Origin: Octopus vulgaris
Lineage: Eukaryota
Reading direction: 5' to 3'
Assembly: GCA_951406725.2 (NCBI GenBank)
Contig: OX597843.1
Location: 7,936,001 to 8,000,000, forward strand
DNA: 64,000 nucleotides
The notes under the pieces were generated by a model, which was not told the DNA's origin, made no database searches, and saw only the letters and a program-made list of their open reading frames with translations. Position 1 is the first letter of the stretch. Each line of letters starts with the position of its first letter. This document shows positions 14,324 to 29,900 of the stretch, piece after piece. Position numbers and translations under genes: made by a program.

Positions 14324-14912
14324 AGCTCTGTAAAAACATGGTAATATGCAATGGAAATGGCAGAAAAATGGTTCGGAAAACGATTGACTAGAATCTAAGT
14401 GAATAATTTTTGTTCTGGGGAAGATTCTTCAGAAAGTTCTTGTTGGAATCGTTAAGAAGGCAAACCCCGGAAAAGATGAGTCGAGCACCATTTCCTCTGT
14501 ACTACAAGAGACGAAGAATTGAAGACGGGTTTTCGAGTCACGTCCAGGAAGAACGAAATGAGTTATAAGAAATTAGAGAAGAATTCTGAGTTTTGGTATG
14601 CGAGGGCGCGCGTGTGTGTGTCATTGTGTGCGTATGCATGTCTATATGTATGTATGTATGTGTGTATGTATGTATGTATGTATGTGTGTGTATATGCATG
14701 TATGGGTGTATGCGTGTATGCATACATGCATGCATACCTATATGTATATATGTTTGTAAGTGTATGCGTGTGTCTGTATATGTATATATATAAGTATACA
14801 GATATCAGCATATATATGAATGTATCAGTGTGTGCGTGTGTTTGAGTGTGTATATATATATATATACATATTCAGTAATTCACTATATTAGTTAACTTAT
14901 ATCAGCTAAAAT

Positions 14913-14960
<48 letters not shown>

Positions 14961-15018
14961 TAGATAGATAGATAGATATTATATATGCATGTAACATATA
15001 TATACATACATATGTATG

Positions 15019-15051
<33 letters not shown>

Positions 15052-15469
15052 GCAAAAGTATATACATACATACACGTATAAGAGAATCAAATACGTATAT
15101 ATATGCCTATAATATTTATATATATAGCTAGATACATACATACATGCATATAAATATATATACATATCAATAAAAACAAAAAATAAAAAATATATATATA
15201 TATATATATGTATATGTATATATATATATTCCTAGAAACATACATTAATATCTATATATTCAAATATATATTCATATATATATATGTATGTATATATGTA
15301 TAAATAAAGGCACATAACAGGACCGGCAGTTGCTAGAAATAGAACCTAAAAATATGACTCAAATTGCCACAAAAAATTACCGAACATCTCCTGATGTTGG
15401 TGATTTTGCGTGGCTATTCCAGTTGTTTTTTAGCTCCTATTTCTAGCAATCGCAGGTGCTGTTTTTCGC

Positions 15470-15560
<91 letters not shown>

Positions 15561-15915
15561 TATGTGTGTTGTCTGCGTGTGTGTGTGTATTTATATGTAT
15601 ATATACTTATGCATATGTATGTAAAAAAGGAGATTCATGGGATTCAAGTTGGTATTCCTTAACTCATCTGTTACGTACGTTTCAGTGTCCCCTCTGAGTT
15701 CAAATTTCGAAATGGGCGGAGAAGCAATACATAGACCTGGGAGGAACTGTTTTGTTGTAAGTGCATTACACTGACCCCGAAATACTGAAACGTAAAGGCA
15801 AACTGTGTGGGAGATGTGCTTTATAACGTAAACTCGGATGCAATGCTGCCGGGCGTTTTGTCCGGCATACTAAATATTCAACCATCTGGTCGCCTTAATA
15901 ATAATGATGATGATG

Positions 15916-16435
<520 letters not shown>

Positions 16436-16444
16436 GTAATAATG

Positions 16445-16759
16445 CCAACATTATGGAATAACAACAGAAAAAAGATGGTATAGGCACACACCAGAAAAGG
16501 TCACAGAAAACGAGAAAGCAACCATACTCTGGGATATGCCGATACGCACAGATAGAGAAATTAAGGCCAACAGACCAGATATAGTTGTCAGAGATCATGA
16601 AGAAAAAAATGCTTTCTAATTGATGTATCAATACCGGCAGATGACAACGTGTCTCTAAAAGAAATGGAGAAGCTTTCAAAATACAAAGACCTGGAAATAG
16701 AGGTAACCAGAATGTGGAATCTAAAAACAGAAACAATTGCTATCATATTAGATGCATTA
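16445..16759 (+). mobile_element. R4/Dong-clade restriction-like endonuclease fragment, frameshifted and cut by the gap
   Basis: WYRHTPEKVTENEKATILWDMPIRTDREIKANRPDIVV..LIDVSIP..EKLSKYKDL (RPD..D..K..KY motif). Confidence 0.88.
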
Positions 16760-16859
16760 NNNNNNNNNNNNNNNNNNNNNNNNNNNNNNNNNNNNNNNNN
16801 NNNNNNNNNNNNNNNNNNNNNNNNNNNNNNNNNNNNNNNNNNNNNNNNNNNNNNNNNNN
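16760..16859. other. Assembly gap (100 N)
   Basis: Run of N. Confidence 1.
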
Positions 16860-17377
16860 ACATCTGACCATCTGTGAATATTTACAATCTTCTCTCCGTC
16901 TCCAACACCTCTCCAGCGCTTCAACCACGGCCACCACCACCGTCATTACCAGCCTCACAGCTACACCGCCATCATGCCACGACCAACTCACCTTTACAGC
17001 CCTACTCATCCCATCATTAACCTTACTGACCACACGTTTTAACGGTTCTTTGACCCTTAACACCCTCATATCCTCACCATATTGCCACCCTTGCTCCTCA
17101 CTCCACACTGCTTTACCCTGGCTTCAAGAAAAAACTGCATAGCCTTCATAGAAGCACACACATCTCTCCTTCTCTGTATCTACACCTTTCTCTCTCTCTC
17201 TTTCCTTCTCTCTCTCCCCTTCTCTGTGTGTGTGTGTGTTTATGTGCATCTAGCACTTCGGCAAAAGAGACCGATAGAATAAGTACTAGGCTTACATAGA
17301 ATAAGTCCTGGGGGTCGATTTGCTCGACTAAAGGCGGTGCTCCAGCATGGCCACAGTCAAATGACTGAAACAAGCAA

Positions 17378-17424
<47 letters not shown>

Positions 17425-17508
17425 TAATATAACACATATATATATGTATATATATGTATGTATATGTATATATATATATATGTATATATATATGTATATA
17501 TGTATATA

Positions 17509-17547
<39 letters not shown>

Positions 17548-17597
17548 CATATATATACACATATATATGTATATATATATGTATATATATATGTATG

Positions 17598-17685
<88 letters not shown>

Positions 17686-17732
17686 TATATATGTATGTAT
17701 ATATATATATATATATATACACATACATTTAC

Positions 17733-17801
<69 letters not shown>

Positions 17802-18117
17802 GTGAATAGAGATACAAATTAAATATAAGAATACCCATTGTTTTCATGTCTACTTAATCAGGGCTGAACCCAGGGCTAAAAAAACAGCAGCAGCAGAAGC
17901 CCCACCACCAGTCCTCTCGTTATCTCTCGCCCTGCCTCCCCCTTACTTCGCTCTTCAATAAACAGAAGCCACAAACAGCTCACACCCCATTGACGCCATT
18001 AAGCTTATTGACAAGTCAATTCTAATCCCACCCTGGGACCATCTGTCGTCCCGTAACTAAGCGTTAATATCTGTATACACATATCAGATTTTGTTTGTAG
18101 AACAAAAATACGCACAT

Positions 18118-18172
<55 letters not shown>

Positions 18173-18577
18173 CACAAATACACAGAGTGGCTATGTGGTA
18201 AGTAGCTAGGATCTTTTCTTTTTGAAAGCCAGATTTTCCTAGTTAACTAAACAATTTGAAACTTCGTATACTGGTAGAATGTGTCAAAAGAAAACATAAT
18301 TGTAAACCAAAATGAAAACGGAATTGTAATTTCTAAGTTTAACGTTGTTTAAACATTCGAATTTTAACCAATGGTATTCTTTCTTTCGACCTCATATTAT
18401 TTACTGCCTCTCAAAATATTGTTACTGTGACGTAAACAGCTATTTTGTGACGTAGTTAACGTAAACATGTAAATAGCTAACTAAAATGTAAACATCTCCG
18501 CTTATCATAAACTTCGTGGAGTATATATAAAATTTGTGTAGATCCTAAATAGCTACACACACATGTATACAAACATA

Positions 18578-18614
<37 letters not shown>

Positions 18615-20439
18615 ATACACACATATTCTAATGCATATGCATATATGTGTATATATTTATAATGTGTGTGTATTATAGATGCATACATTATATATATAAA
18701 AGATGTTTACATACAATATATATATGTTATATACATCTACATGTATATGTATGTATGAATATATAAGTTCCACAGAATTTGGATCAAACTGTTTTGATCC
18801 ATACATACACCCACACATACACACACACACACCAACACTACCATCCATGAGACATCCTATCATAATCAATGCTACTACTACTATCATCATCATTATCATC
18901 ATCATCCACTGCCGCCACCACCACCACCACCACCTCTACAAAAATACCAACACTATAATTGCTGCCATCATACACATCCACTGTCACCACTACCACCACT
19001 ACCACCACTGCCATGATAACCACATCTACCACAGCTGTTTGGTTGCTGCTTACCCACTCACAAAATAGCTATCTACGTCACATTAACACTATGCAGCTAA
19101 TAATTTCAAATGAAAACAGACAATATGATTGGTTAAGGATAGAATAAGTACTGGGCTTACAAAAAGAATAAGTCCAGGGGTCGAGTTGCTCGATTAAAGG
19201 CGATGCTCCAGCATGGCCGCGGTCAAGAGTAACATTAAAAGTAAAATATTTTTATATGACACATTAGGGTTAGGGTTAGTGTCCGAAGGTTGAAAGTGTT
19301 TAGTTACAAAAAATATATTTCTCGATCTGCCGTTGAAAGGGTAAAGATCCCTTATATTATTTATTTAAACCCTTTACAAACTAGAAGGGTTATGGGTCAA
19401 GAGGAAAATACATCAATCAAATGTTGGGAAGGCCATCGGTTGAATAAAACAACATTGTTCCTCAATAGAACAATAAGGCTCTATAGTTAGGGGGAAATTT
19501 ACCCATTCAGTTTCAAAACTCAGGTGGAGCCAAGAGAGGTCTCTACACATACATACGTATACACACACACACATACATACATACATATATCCAGACAACT
19601 TCAGCTTTATATATATATACCGCTTGGATCGCTTCCAATGCCACTACGTCCCGTCCGATTCGCTCCAAAATTTACAGGGACATGTAGAAATAGGTGACTA
19701 AGCTCGTGGGCTACCTTAGAAATCCCTATCTTAAAAGGTGTGGTTGCTAGGGGCCATCTTCCTCACTCACGCTATTTCCTCCAGTACCCTCTCACTCCCC
19801 TTCATGTATAACTTTAAGAATTCCACTACCGTTATTTAAAGTATCTGTCACTCTCGCTATTTCCTCTCTTTTTCACTCACGGTTTCTTACCTTCCCATTA
19901 CATCGGCGTTCTTTTACGTATCTGTCTGTCACCAACAACACACGAGCATGAGAACAAATATTATGAATCAGATATTCTTGCGTTCATTTATATGTATGTA
20001 TGTGTGTGTGTGTGTTCTATATATAAATATGTATATATAATGTATGTGTGTGTGTGTGTGTGTTCTATATATGAATATGTATATATAATGTATATGTGTG
20101 TGTGTGTTCTATATGTAAATATGTATATATAATGTATGTGTGTGTGTGTGTTCTATATATAAATATATATATATACATTATATATACATATTTATATATA
20201 GATATATAGTGGATATATCTGTATTTATGTACATTAAACTTTTTCATACTTTTTCATAGTTATATATATTTTTAAACAAATTATAAATATAATTTAATAA
20301 TTTTTATTTTCAATTTAATTTAAATTTTTCAATTTTATATTTTCTATATTATATTTTTGTTTAATGTTTTTGTTTTTTCACTGTTTGATTTGCCTAAAAA
20401 TTCCAACAAACAAAACATCACCCACTCTCATTCTTTTAT

Positions 20440-20545
20440 GTATCTGAAAATGTGTGTCTGTCTGTCTGTGTGTTTCCCTATAACTTGAGAACTACTCAAC
20501 CAATTTCATTCAAATTTTACTCATGCCTTCCTTAGGGTATAAGGA
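20440..20545 (+). mobile_element. Helitron/Helentron-like non-autonomous 5' segment
   Basis: (GTCT)n followed by CTATAACTTGAGAACTACTCAACCAATTTCATTCAAATTTT, which resembles the DINE/HINE-type core; by-eye recognition only. Confidence 0.4.
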
Positions 20546-20560
20546 GTGTATTGAGATGGG

Positions 20561-21529
20561 CTCTGGGCGCCATTGGGCTCAATGTCCGCGGCTACGAGAC
20601 AACAGTGAGCGCTATGGCGACCAGAGCTCGCTCTGGGCGCCATTGGGCTCAATGTCCGCGGCTACGAGACAACAGTGAGCGCTATGGCGACCAGAGCTCG
20701 CTCTGGGCGCCATTGGGCTCAATGTCCGCGGCTACGAGACAACAGTGAGCGCTATGGCGACCAGAGCTCGCTCTGGGCGCCATTGGGCTCAATGTCCGCG
20801 GCTACGAGACAACAGTGAGCGCTATGGCGACCAGAGCTCGCTCTGGGCGCCATTGGGCTCAATGTCCGCGGCTACGAGACAACAGTGAGCGCTATGGCGA
20901 CCAGAGCTCGCTCTGGGCGCCATTGGGCTCAATGTCCGCGGCTACGAGACAACAGTGAGCGCTATGGCGACCAGAGCTCGCTCTGGGCGCCATTGGGCTC
21001 AATGTCCGCGGCTACGAGACAACAGTGAGCGCTATGGCGACCAGAGCTCGCTCTGGGCGCCATTGGGCTCAATGTCCGCGGCTACGAGACAACAGTGAGC
21101 GCTATGGCGACCAGAGCTCGCTCTGGGCGCCATTGGGCTCAATGTCCGCGGCTACGAGACAACAGTGAGCGCTATGGCGACCAGAGCTCGCTCTGGGCGC
21201 CATTGGGCTCAATGTCCGCGGCTACGAGACAACAGTGAGCGCTATGGCGACCAGAGCTCGCTCTGGGCGCCATTGGGCTCAATGTCCGCGGCTACGAGAC
21301 AACAGTGAGCGCTATGGCGACCAGAGCTCGCTCTGGGCGCCATTGGGCTCAATGTCCGCGGCTACGAGACAACAGTGAGCGCTATGGCGACCAGAGCTCG
21401 CTCTGGGCGCCATTGGGCTCAATGTCCGCGGCTACGAGACAACAGTGAGCGCTATGGCGACCAGAGCTCGCTCTGGGCGCCATTGGGCTCAATGTCCGCG
21501 GCTACGAGACAACAGTGAGCGCTATGGCG
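20561..21529. repeat. Perfect GC-rich 70-bp tandem array, ~13.8 identical units, each forming a hairpin
   Basis: Unit CTCTGGGCGCCATTGGGCTCAATGTCCGCGGCTACGAGACAACAGTGAGCGCTATGGCGACCAGAGCTCG, 44/70 GC. Confidence 0.97.
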
Positions 21530-21561
21530 TTGATCGCACCACTATAAACAGGAAGCTTGGC

Positions 21562-22200
<639 letters not shown>

Positions 22201-23062
22201 GAGAAGAAGAATTTTAATTACATAGAAAACTATAGCATGAAGTCAGCATATAAAAAAAAACAACTCTTCCTCAGCTGTTGGCAGTTTTACCTATTTCGCA
22301 TTGCAACAAGATGTGTATTCGTTAAAGCAATTGCTCACCGAAAGCAAATTAGATAAAAATTTGGCATACGTGGAACGTCAAAGCTGCTAACAAAATCAGG
22401 ACAGTCAAAATTTTCGCTAAGGGCTGTTTAACCCTAACGAGGTTACGTGGTGAACGCTGCAGAAAGAAAGCTATGTCAAGTGACAGACGGGAATGCATGA
22501 ACGAAAAGAAAAAGAATTACATTTAGAAATAGATCTATAGTTATTGAGGACAGAATTTCTGTTAGAAATAGAGAACTATAAATATTGAATTATGCATAAA
22601 GCGCTGACTTACATTCGGGGCTTCCACTTTCTCTGTAAAATATAAGATTGTCGCAAAATCATCGCACATGTCACCATCGATTACAAATGCCGGTGGAAGA
22701 TAAACGTTCCAGAGGACATTCTTGTTCTTTCGTTCGTACAAGGATCGTATTATGTTTCGGCTTAAAATAAATTATAGATACAAATATAATGTATAGAAAT
22801 ATATAAAAACCAGAATAGAAAATAAACGTCTTAGGCATATAAAATGAGATAACATGAGATATCAAGGTGTTATAAACTTGAAACTTACTAGAATATCATA
22901 GATTATATATATCAAGCCATCCAGTCAGTTCTGTCCAATTTTACCTGTTTTTTAGATTTGAATGAAATTTAATAGTATTTGCAAATGTCTAATTCAATTA
23001 AAAAATATTTTTATGCATTTGTGTACGTTTAAACTAATTCAATATTGTTTTACATAATAATA

Positions 23063-24392
23063 GACGGTGTCCACAAAGTCTGCGTACATGGGAATTAACA
23101 CATACTTTTAAAACAAAACAATTTTATTTAATTATAATGTTAATAAATAATATTTTCAAAGTGATTTCCATCATTTTCAATGCATAACTTGATGCGCCTT
23201 GCAAAATTCAGGTGAACTTGATTAAATAAGTCTACATTGCCATCAATTTAAGCACACTGGCTGGTAATGCGTTCTCTCGTGTTTTAAATCTGTAATCTTT
23301 ATTGAGTAAACTTTCTCTTTCAACATACCCCAGAAAAAGAAATCAAGGGGAGAAAGGTCTGGTGAACGAGGGGACCATTCCATATGACCCCTTCTTCCAA
23401 TCTAGTGAGGAGGAAAAGTGTCATTAAATCAATCTCTAACAGTTATGGCAAAATGGGTAGGGGCCACATCCTGCTGAAACCAATTCGGAAGGCCCTCGCC
23501 TAGGCGCTCAATTTAAGATATTAATTTGTCTCTCAATATATTTGCATAAGTCTCATCCATTACATGTTCAATGAAGAAGGGTCCTAGAACATGAGCTTTC
23601 CAAAAACCACACCACACCATCACCTTTTTGCTGTCTTGCTGTTTGGATAGATCCATCCAATGTGGATTACCTCGAGACCAGTATAGAAGATTCTGTCTGT
23701 TGACCTCACCATTTACATAAAACGTAGCTTTGTCACTGAACAACACAAAGTTTTTCGTAAAATTGATATTTTCATCCAATTTATCTGAAAACCATTCGCA
23801 CGTCTACATTCGTCTATCAGGATCGTCTTCATTTAAGTGATGCAATATCTGTAGGTTGTATCGATGAAACTTTTCCTCAACCAGCATTTTGTTGATGGTT
23901 GGTTTTGGAACACCTAACATCGTAGATGTCCGACGAAGTGATTTTTGGGGGCTAGCTAGCTAGCAGAAACTTTAGCCTCGACAGCCTCTTTAGTTTCATC
24001 TGAAGTCTTTGGTCGCCCGGAACGGGGTTTATCCGAAACACTGCCTGTTTCTTTAAATGTCTTGATCAATTTCCTGACGGCAGTAAAATAAATAGGTTGC
24101 CTACAAGGGTGTGGAAGATTAAATTCTTCCGCAATTTTGCGATAAGACCATCCCTCTCGTCCACTTAATAATACTAACTCGATTCTTTCTTCTTTAGACA
24201 GATTCATCATTCGATCTGGGATTCTTTCTTCTTTAGACAGAGCCATCATTCGATCATCTGTAGAAAAAATAACAAATAAATTTAGAAAAGTAAAGTATTT
24301 TTTTATTTAATTTAAACAAAAGTAAAAAAGGAAAATTATTATTTCTTATGTTATGATTTTATTCCATAAACCCAGACTTCGTGGACACCCTA
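23063..24392 (-). mobile_element. Tc1/mariner DD41D (rosa/Visitor-type) element, degraded
   Basis: TIRs GGTGTCCACAAAGTCTG / CAGACTTCGTGGACACC; HTH LSKEERIELVLL..ETGSV..RSGRP; FSD.ATF..QQD-x41-D (WSPRSPDLSPLDF); internal stops. Confidence 0.9.
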
Positions 24393-24420
24393 AAATTGCT
24401 TTGATTAAAACCCTTTCAAC

Positions 24421-25410
24421 ATGGAAGTATCCAAGGAGCATTTAAGGCACATATAATTCTTTATGAGTACAATAAAGGTAACTCTGCTGCCGAAGTGACT
24501 CGAAACATACACTCAGTTTATGGCAAAGTGCTCGAATGAAAGAACTTGCAGGAGATCGTCTGCAAAATTGAAGATGAATATCGAACAGGATGTCCAGTTG
24601 AGTTTGACAAGCTCCTTGAGGCATTACTTGAAGAAAATCCGTCATTATCAGTTGAAGAATTGGCAATAAAGCTTACTTCAAACCATACAACAGTTCATCG
24701 TCATCAACAACGTGGAAAGATTCCTAAACTTGGAAAATAGGTGCCTTATGTATTGTCCGAAAGCAACCGCAAATCCCGAGTTGGCATCTGCTCTTCTCTC
24801 CATTCTCGCAAACTCATTTCACCCTTTTTCGATAGACTTGTGATGAAAAATGGATTTTCTATCGAAATGTTAGACGTCGTAAACAGTGGCTTGGTAAAAG
24901 GGAAAATTCTCAACCACAACCGAGAAGGGAACTTCGTGGGAAAAAGGTTCTACTCTCTATCTGGTGCGATTGCAAAGGCGTAATTCACTTTATATTGTTA
25001 CCACCTAATGCAACAATCAATGCTCAAGTCTACTGTCAGCAATTAGAGCGTTTGAATCAAGCTTTGAAGGAAAAAAGAGCCGCTTTAGTGAGTCGAAAAC
25101 GAGTGATGTTTCATCAGGACAATGCGCAACCCCACACTGCAAAGATCACATCACAGAAGATCGAAGGGGTCGGTTTGGAAAAATTTCTTCATCCAACTTA
25201 TTCTCCCGACCTTACTCCTTCAGGATACCATTTGTTTCATAGTTTACAGAATTAGTAGGGGGATACAACTTTCGCAAGCCAGGGGAGGTCGAACCTGACA
25301 TTTCAGAGTTCTTCGCTTTGAAACCAAAAGAGTTTTACGTTGATGGGATTAAAAAGCTTGTAAATAGATGGAGGTAAGTCATAGATAATTAGGGAAAGTA
25401 CATTGATGAT
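24421..25410 (+). pseudogene. mariner transposase pseudogene
   Basis: MEVSKEHLRHIILYEY..; (W)VPY; FHQDNAQPH; HPTYSPDLTPSGYHLF; stops and frameshifts. Confidence 0.9.
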
Positions 25411-25886
25411 TAACATTCAATTAAATATAACATTTGATCACTTGTGTTCTTTATCCAAAATTCAGACAGAACTTTTGGGATGACCTGAGAAAATACACTG
25501 GCGAAAATATATTTAAGACAGACGATAAAAGTTCTATTTCTTACAAAATATTTTGTTACTAACACCATACAAATTATTTTTATCTTTTACACCTTATGCA
25601 AAATTTATTTCGCTTTCGAATGATGCAGACAATAACCATTTTTATACAACTTGAAGAATTCTAATGCTAAATATAATTTTAATGGAGATAACCTGCAGTA
25701 TATAGTACAACATTTTTGTCTCCGTATATGAGCTAAGTATTAATAAAATGTGGTATACGATAAAAATTTCGGATATTTGTCTTAAAACATTCAGACAAGA
25801 AAATTCAGATGTAACACATGAGGTATTATTCCATACGAATATCCACATATTTATATTAAGAATTTCATGATAAAAATATAGAAATA

Positions 25887-26457
25887 TTGGGTTTGTCCAA
25901 GGGAAAGTTCTTGCAGATTTATAGTAGCTTATCTTTCGACTTATTTTAGAACATGTTTGAGTCCATAAAATAGGATTTGACTACACCTCCATTTGGAGCA
26001 CAGTTTAATCTATCTTTTCGTGGAAGAAGGTTTATGTTCCAATAACCTGTGTTAATTCTGTAACCCTTTAAATTAAAAGATGAGAAAAATTCATTATCGG
26101 CATTTGATGCTTTGGGAACCAGACAAAAATTGCTGCAGCTTGGCTGGGGTGACTTACCCCACCCTCCATATTCACCAGATATTACTCCTTCGGATTTCCA
26201 CTTATTCAGGTCTCTGCAGAATAGTCTTAATGGTGAAAATTTCAATTCCTTAGATGACGTAAAAAGATACCTTGATGAATTATTTGCCTTGAAACCACCC
26301 CAATTCTGGGAAGAGGGTATTTTTAAGGTAAATGTAAGATGGAGACGTATTGTGCAACGAAATGGTTTAGATTTGGTTCATTAAAAATGTAATGGCAAGT
26401 ATTTAGTGACCATGTACTTTCCTTTAAAAATCGGAACGAACTTTCCGGACAACCCAA
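25887..26457 (+). mobile_element. Internally deleted mariner element
   Basis: TIRs TTGGGTTTGTCC.. / ..GGACAACCCAA with TA on both sides; LPHPPYSPDITPSDFHLFRSLQN C-terminal remnant. Confidence 0.88.
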
Positions 26458-26923
26458 TATAAACATAACAATGAAATACGAATATAAGCATGAAAAATAA
26501 AAACCTAAATGGAAAGAGGCGATTAAATTTTTTTTTCCTAACCTGCAGCCGTTTGTTGTACGAAGTATTCGAAATTCAGCCCTCCTTCCTCAGGGTTCCT
26601 ATCTCGAGGTAAAATCCAGCAGAAAGCAGTAAGGCACTATTATGGTGAAAGTTCAGTTTTTGAGTATCGATTGTTTTATTATTACCCACAAGGGGCCAAC
26701 AAAGAGGGGACAATACAACCTGATGTGGGGTCAGATTCACGTATGAGGTTACAAAAGTATGAGTTTAAAAATTTCAAAAATTTACAAAAATTGCAAAAAT
26801 TATAAAAATCGAATGAGAAAAAACAGACCGGAAGACACTACAGGTGGAGTGGGGGCGGGTTCAGCTCGGACCCCACGAGCCCCGCCTCACCACTGATACT
26901 TTTGGTTTCGTTTTGATCTACAT

Positions 26924-29900
26924 TTATATGGTGTCATCCATTCTCAACTTCCGTGCTACATCCTTCCATCGTTCTTCATACACTCTTTTAGTCAGGCATT
27001 TTCTCTCCAGCCCTATCTTCCTTTTCAGGTGGTAGATGAAGTAGTTCATCAACCCAGGGCCGGATATGAACTTGCCTGACCGTATACCTTTCATTCTCGT
27101 CTTCCATATCACCTCCTTCGCAATTGCTACCACAACGAGAAAACAAGTCTTACCTTCTTTCGCGAGGAAATCTGGTGGGTCAATTTTTTTAATACACTCA
27201 GTCGACAGCTGTACTCTTCGTGTGCTTGACAACAGCTGTTCGGCATAAACCCACACCTCAGACACGTCCGAACAATGAACAATAGCGTGCGGGACGGTTT
27301 CCCTATCCCGCCCGCATCTTGGACACATCGGACTGTCTTGGCCACCGTGCCTTGCGAGTTTATCCCGAACAGGTAGAGCTCCTCTGTAGCATTGCCATGC
27401 CAGAGACTTCTGGAAGTTGTCCAGAGTCTTCGGCCCGAACGTACGTCGGAACAGACTAGCCAGCTGATTATCGTCGAGACCCAGGGTTTCCCCCAAGGTG
27501 TCTTCACATTCCGCCTCTACCAACCCTCTATAGAAGAATGTGGTGGAACCCCCACCGCAGGCGTTGCCCGAGCGACGGAATAGCAGGAGGGCCTTTCGAC
27601 ACTCCGTATACCATGTACCGAGTTTCGATCTACGATTCAACCAGGTTTCCCATCCACCGAAACTAGTGAACTTGGGAAACATCAGTTTTGCTAACGGAGA
27701 CCACACCCGTTCACCATCCAGGTAGAGCCACAGATGTCTTAACCTCAGCGCATGTCTGCGCATCATCAGCCAAGGCATCCCTAGCCCACCCTTTAACGGT
27801 TGTTGACAGCAAGTAGAGCGTTTCACAAGTGGTTTCCTGCCCTTCCACAGGAAGTAGAAGAGCTGTCTTTCCAACTTGGTCAACCACGAATCAGGGCATG
27901 GAACGACGGAAAGGCGGTAGATGATAACCGATGCGATAAACACATTGGCCACCTCCGCCCTCCCTTTCAAGGATAGCCACCGCCTAGACCAGGTCTTGGC
28001 TACTGCAGCCACCTTGCTCGTTACCTCGCCCCAATTCTTCTCTATTTGGAGGTCTGGACCGAACCAGACCCCTAGCAGTTTAATCGGACCCTCCGTCCAA
28101 CGTCCCACGACGCTGTCAGGAGGCATCGACTTGCCTCTCCAGGTGCCGAGTTGCAAGCCGACTGACTTTTCGCGATTAACTTTTGCTCCTGTCACCGTCT
28201 CGTAATCCTCTATGGCCTTGCCTACTTTACATAGGTGGTCCATTTCGGTCACGATGATGGTGATGTCGTCCGCGTACGCTGACACTGATTTTCCATTACC
28301 TGGCTGTCTCGGGATGCCGCTCAGTTTTCGCAGTAATGGCTCAAGAGCCATCACGTACAAAAGCGGGGAGAGCGGACACCCTTGACGAACCGAGCGTTTG
28401 ATTTTGAACGGCTTCGACAAGAAGCCGTTCACCCGAACTACCGAGTCGATGTTGTCGTAAATTTGGATAATCCACCTGAGGAAGCCAAGGCCCAGCCCGA
28501 ACTGTGCCAGAGCAGACACCAGGAAACGATGGTCGACCCTATCAAAAGCTTTGGATTGGTCTAAATGGACCAGTGCCCCACCCTTGCCAGAATCACTATT
28601 AAACCCCTCTATAGTGTACCGCATTAGATGGAGATTATCCTGAATGGTTCTGCCCGGAACGGCACATGTCTGTGCCTCCCCGATCAGACCATCCGCGACA
28701 CGCGCCAATCTTTTCGATAACACTTTGGCCAAAATCTTCAACTCTGTGTTTAGCAGAGTGATGGGCCTGAAATTATCAATGCACTCCCCCTTGCTCGGGT
28801 CCTTTCTGACGAGAGTCACCACTCCCCGGCGCACAGATCTGGGTATCAACCCGTTCTGCTGCCAGTTCGCATAGACTTCCGCCAGTAGGTGCCCGAACAA
28901 GTCTGGCATATTCTTATATAACTCGTAGGGTAGACCATCCAAACCCGGCGCCTTGCCCGCGCCGCAGTCCGCCATTGCCTCCACCACCTCCTCAGGCGTG
29001 ATTGGCCCTTCACAGCCCTCCGCATCTCGCCCCGATAAGCGCGGCAGCCCGTCGAGTAGGTCCGTAAAGGCCCTTCTCCTATCCAGCCCGCCGCACTCAC
29101 CGAAAAGCTGAGCGAAGTGCTCCTGAAAGGCCTCACACATCTCCTCGGGTTCGTCTATCAACTCACCTTGTTGGTTCTTCAAAGATCGAATCGTGGCATC
29201 ATTGCCATTCCGGGCTTCCACCACTCGGGCCCATCTCACGGCGTTGATTCCTTCACATCCCATATGACGGATTCTAGCCCTGACAATGCAACCCATGTGT
29301 TTGGCCTCGAGGTGCTGGTTTAACACCAGTCTCTTGGACGCCACCTGAGCCGCAGAGCCAGTTTTCATGGCTTCCTCTAATTCCTTAACTAGAGTAGTTT
29401 CCCTTCTAGCCTCTCTAGACACTACTCCTATGCTATATCTAATAGACTCAAACTTGATGGCTCGTTTGAGGGCGTACCACCATTTGTTATTAATGATGGC
29501 ACCAGACAGCGCCCTCTGAATTATGGTCCTAATCCGGTCTCTGTACTCCTTAATCGCCAAAAGGGACGTATTAAGTTTCCAGTAACCGGATCCTCTCTTT
29601 CTAACCTTATCTATGTCAAGCTTACAAGTGACCATTTTATGATCACTGTAGCTGATCGGGTAAAACTGTGGACGCTTAGCTATTTTACTGTCTACCTTTC
29701 TAATTAGAATTCTATCTATGTATGACCTGGAAGATCCGTCGCTGTTTGACCATGTCCACAATGGAGCGTTCGGAAATTCCAACCTATAAGGATCTGCTAG
29801 CTCAAAGCGGCTTAGCAGTTCCAGGAAGCATGTGTTACCTTTTCTATCATTCGAGCCAACACAATCTACATCCGCTTTGCAAATTGTGTTAAAGTCTCCT

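Larger units (their letters stand above)
22912..25488 (+). mobile_element. mariner DNA transposon, degraded, interrupted by a nested element
   Basis: Imperfect TIRs TCAAGCCATCCAGTCAGTTCTGTCC / GACAGAACTTTTGGGATGACCTGA; transposase remnant at 24421-25410. Confidence 0.85.

Noticed and set aside
14340-14600. Unique island with donor-like TTG/gtatgc
   Set aside because: Stops interrupt every frame; no support for coding
15660-15800. GAAACGTA motifs on both strands
   Set aside because: CUGANGA core and helix I not found
19263-19278. Telomeric TTAGGG repeats
   Set aside because: Only about 2.5 units, inside a probable Helitron-like remnant
20561-21529. CRISPR-like array of palindromic repeats
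   Set aside because: The linkers are identical rather than unique spacers, there are no cas genes, and the context is eukaryotic
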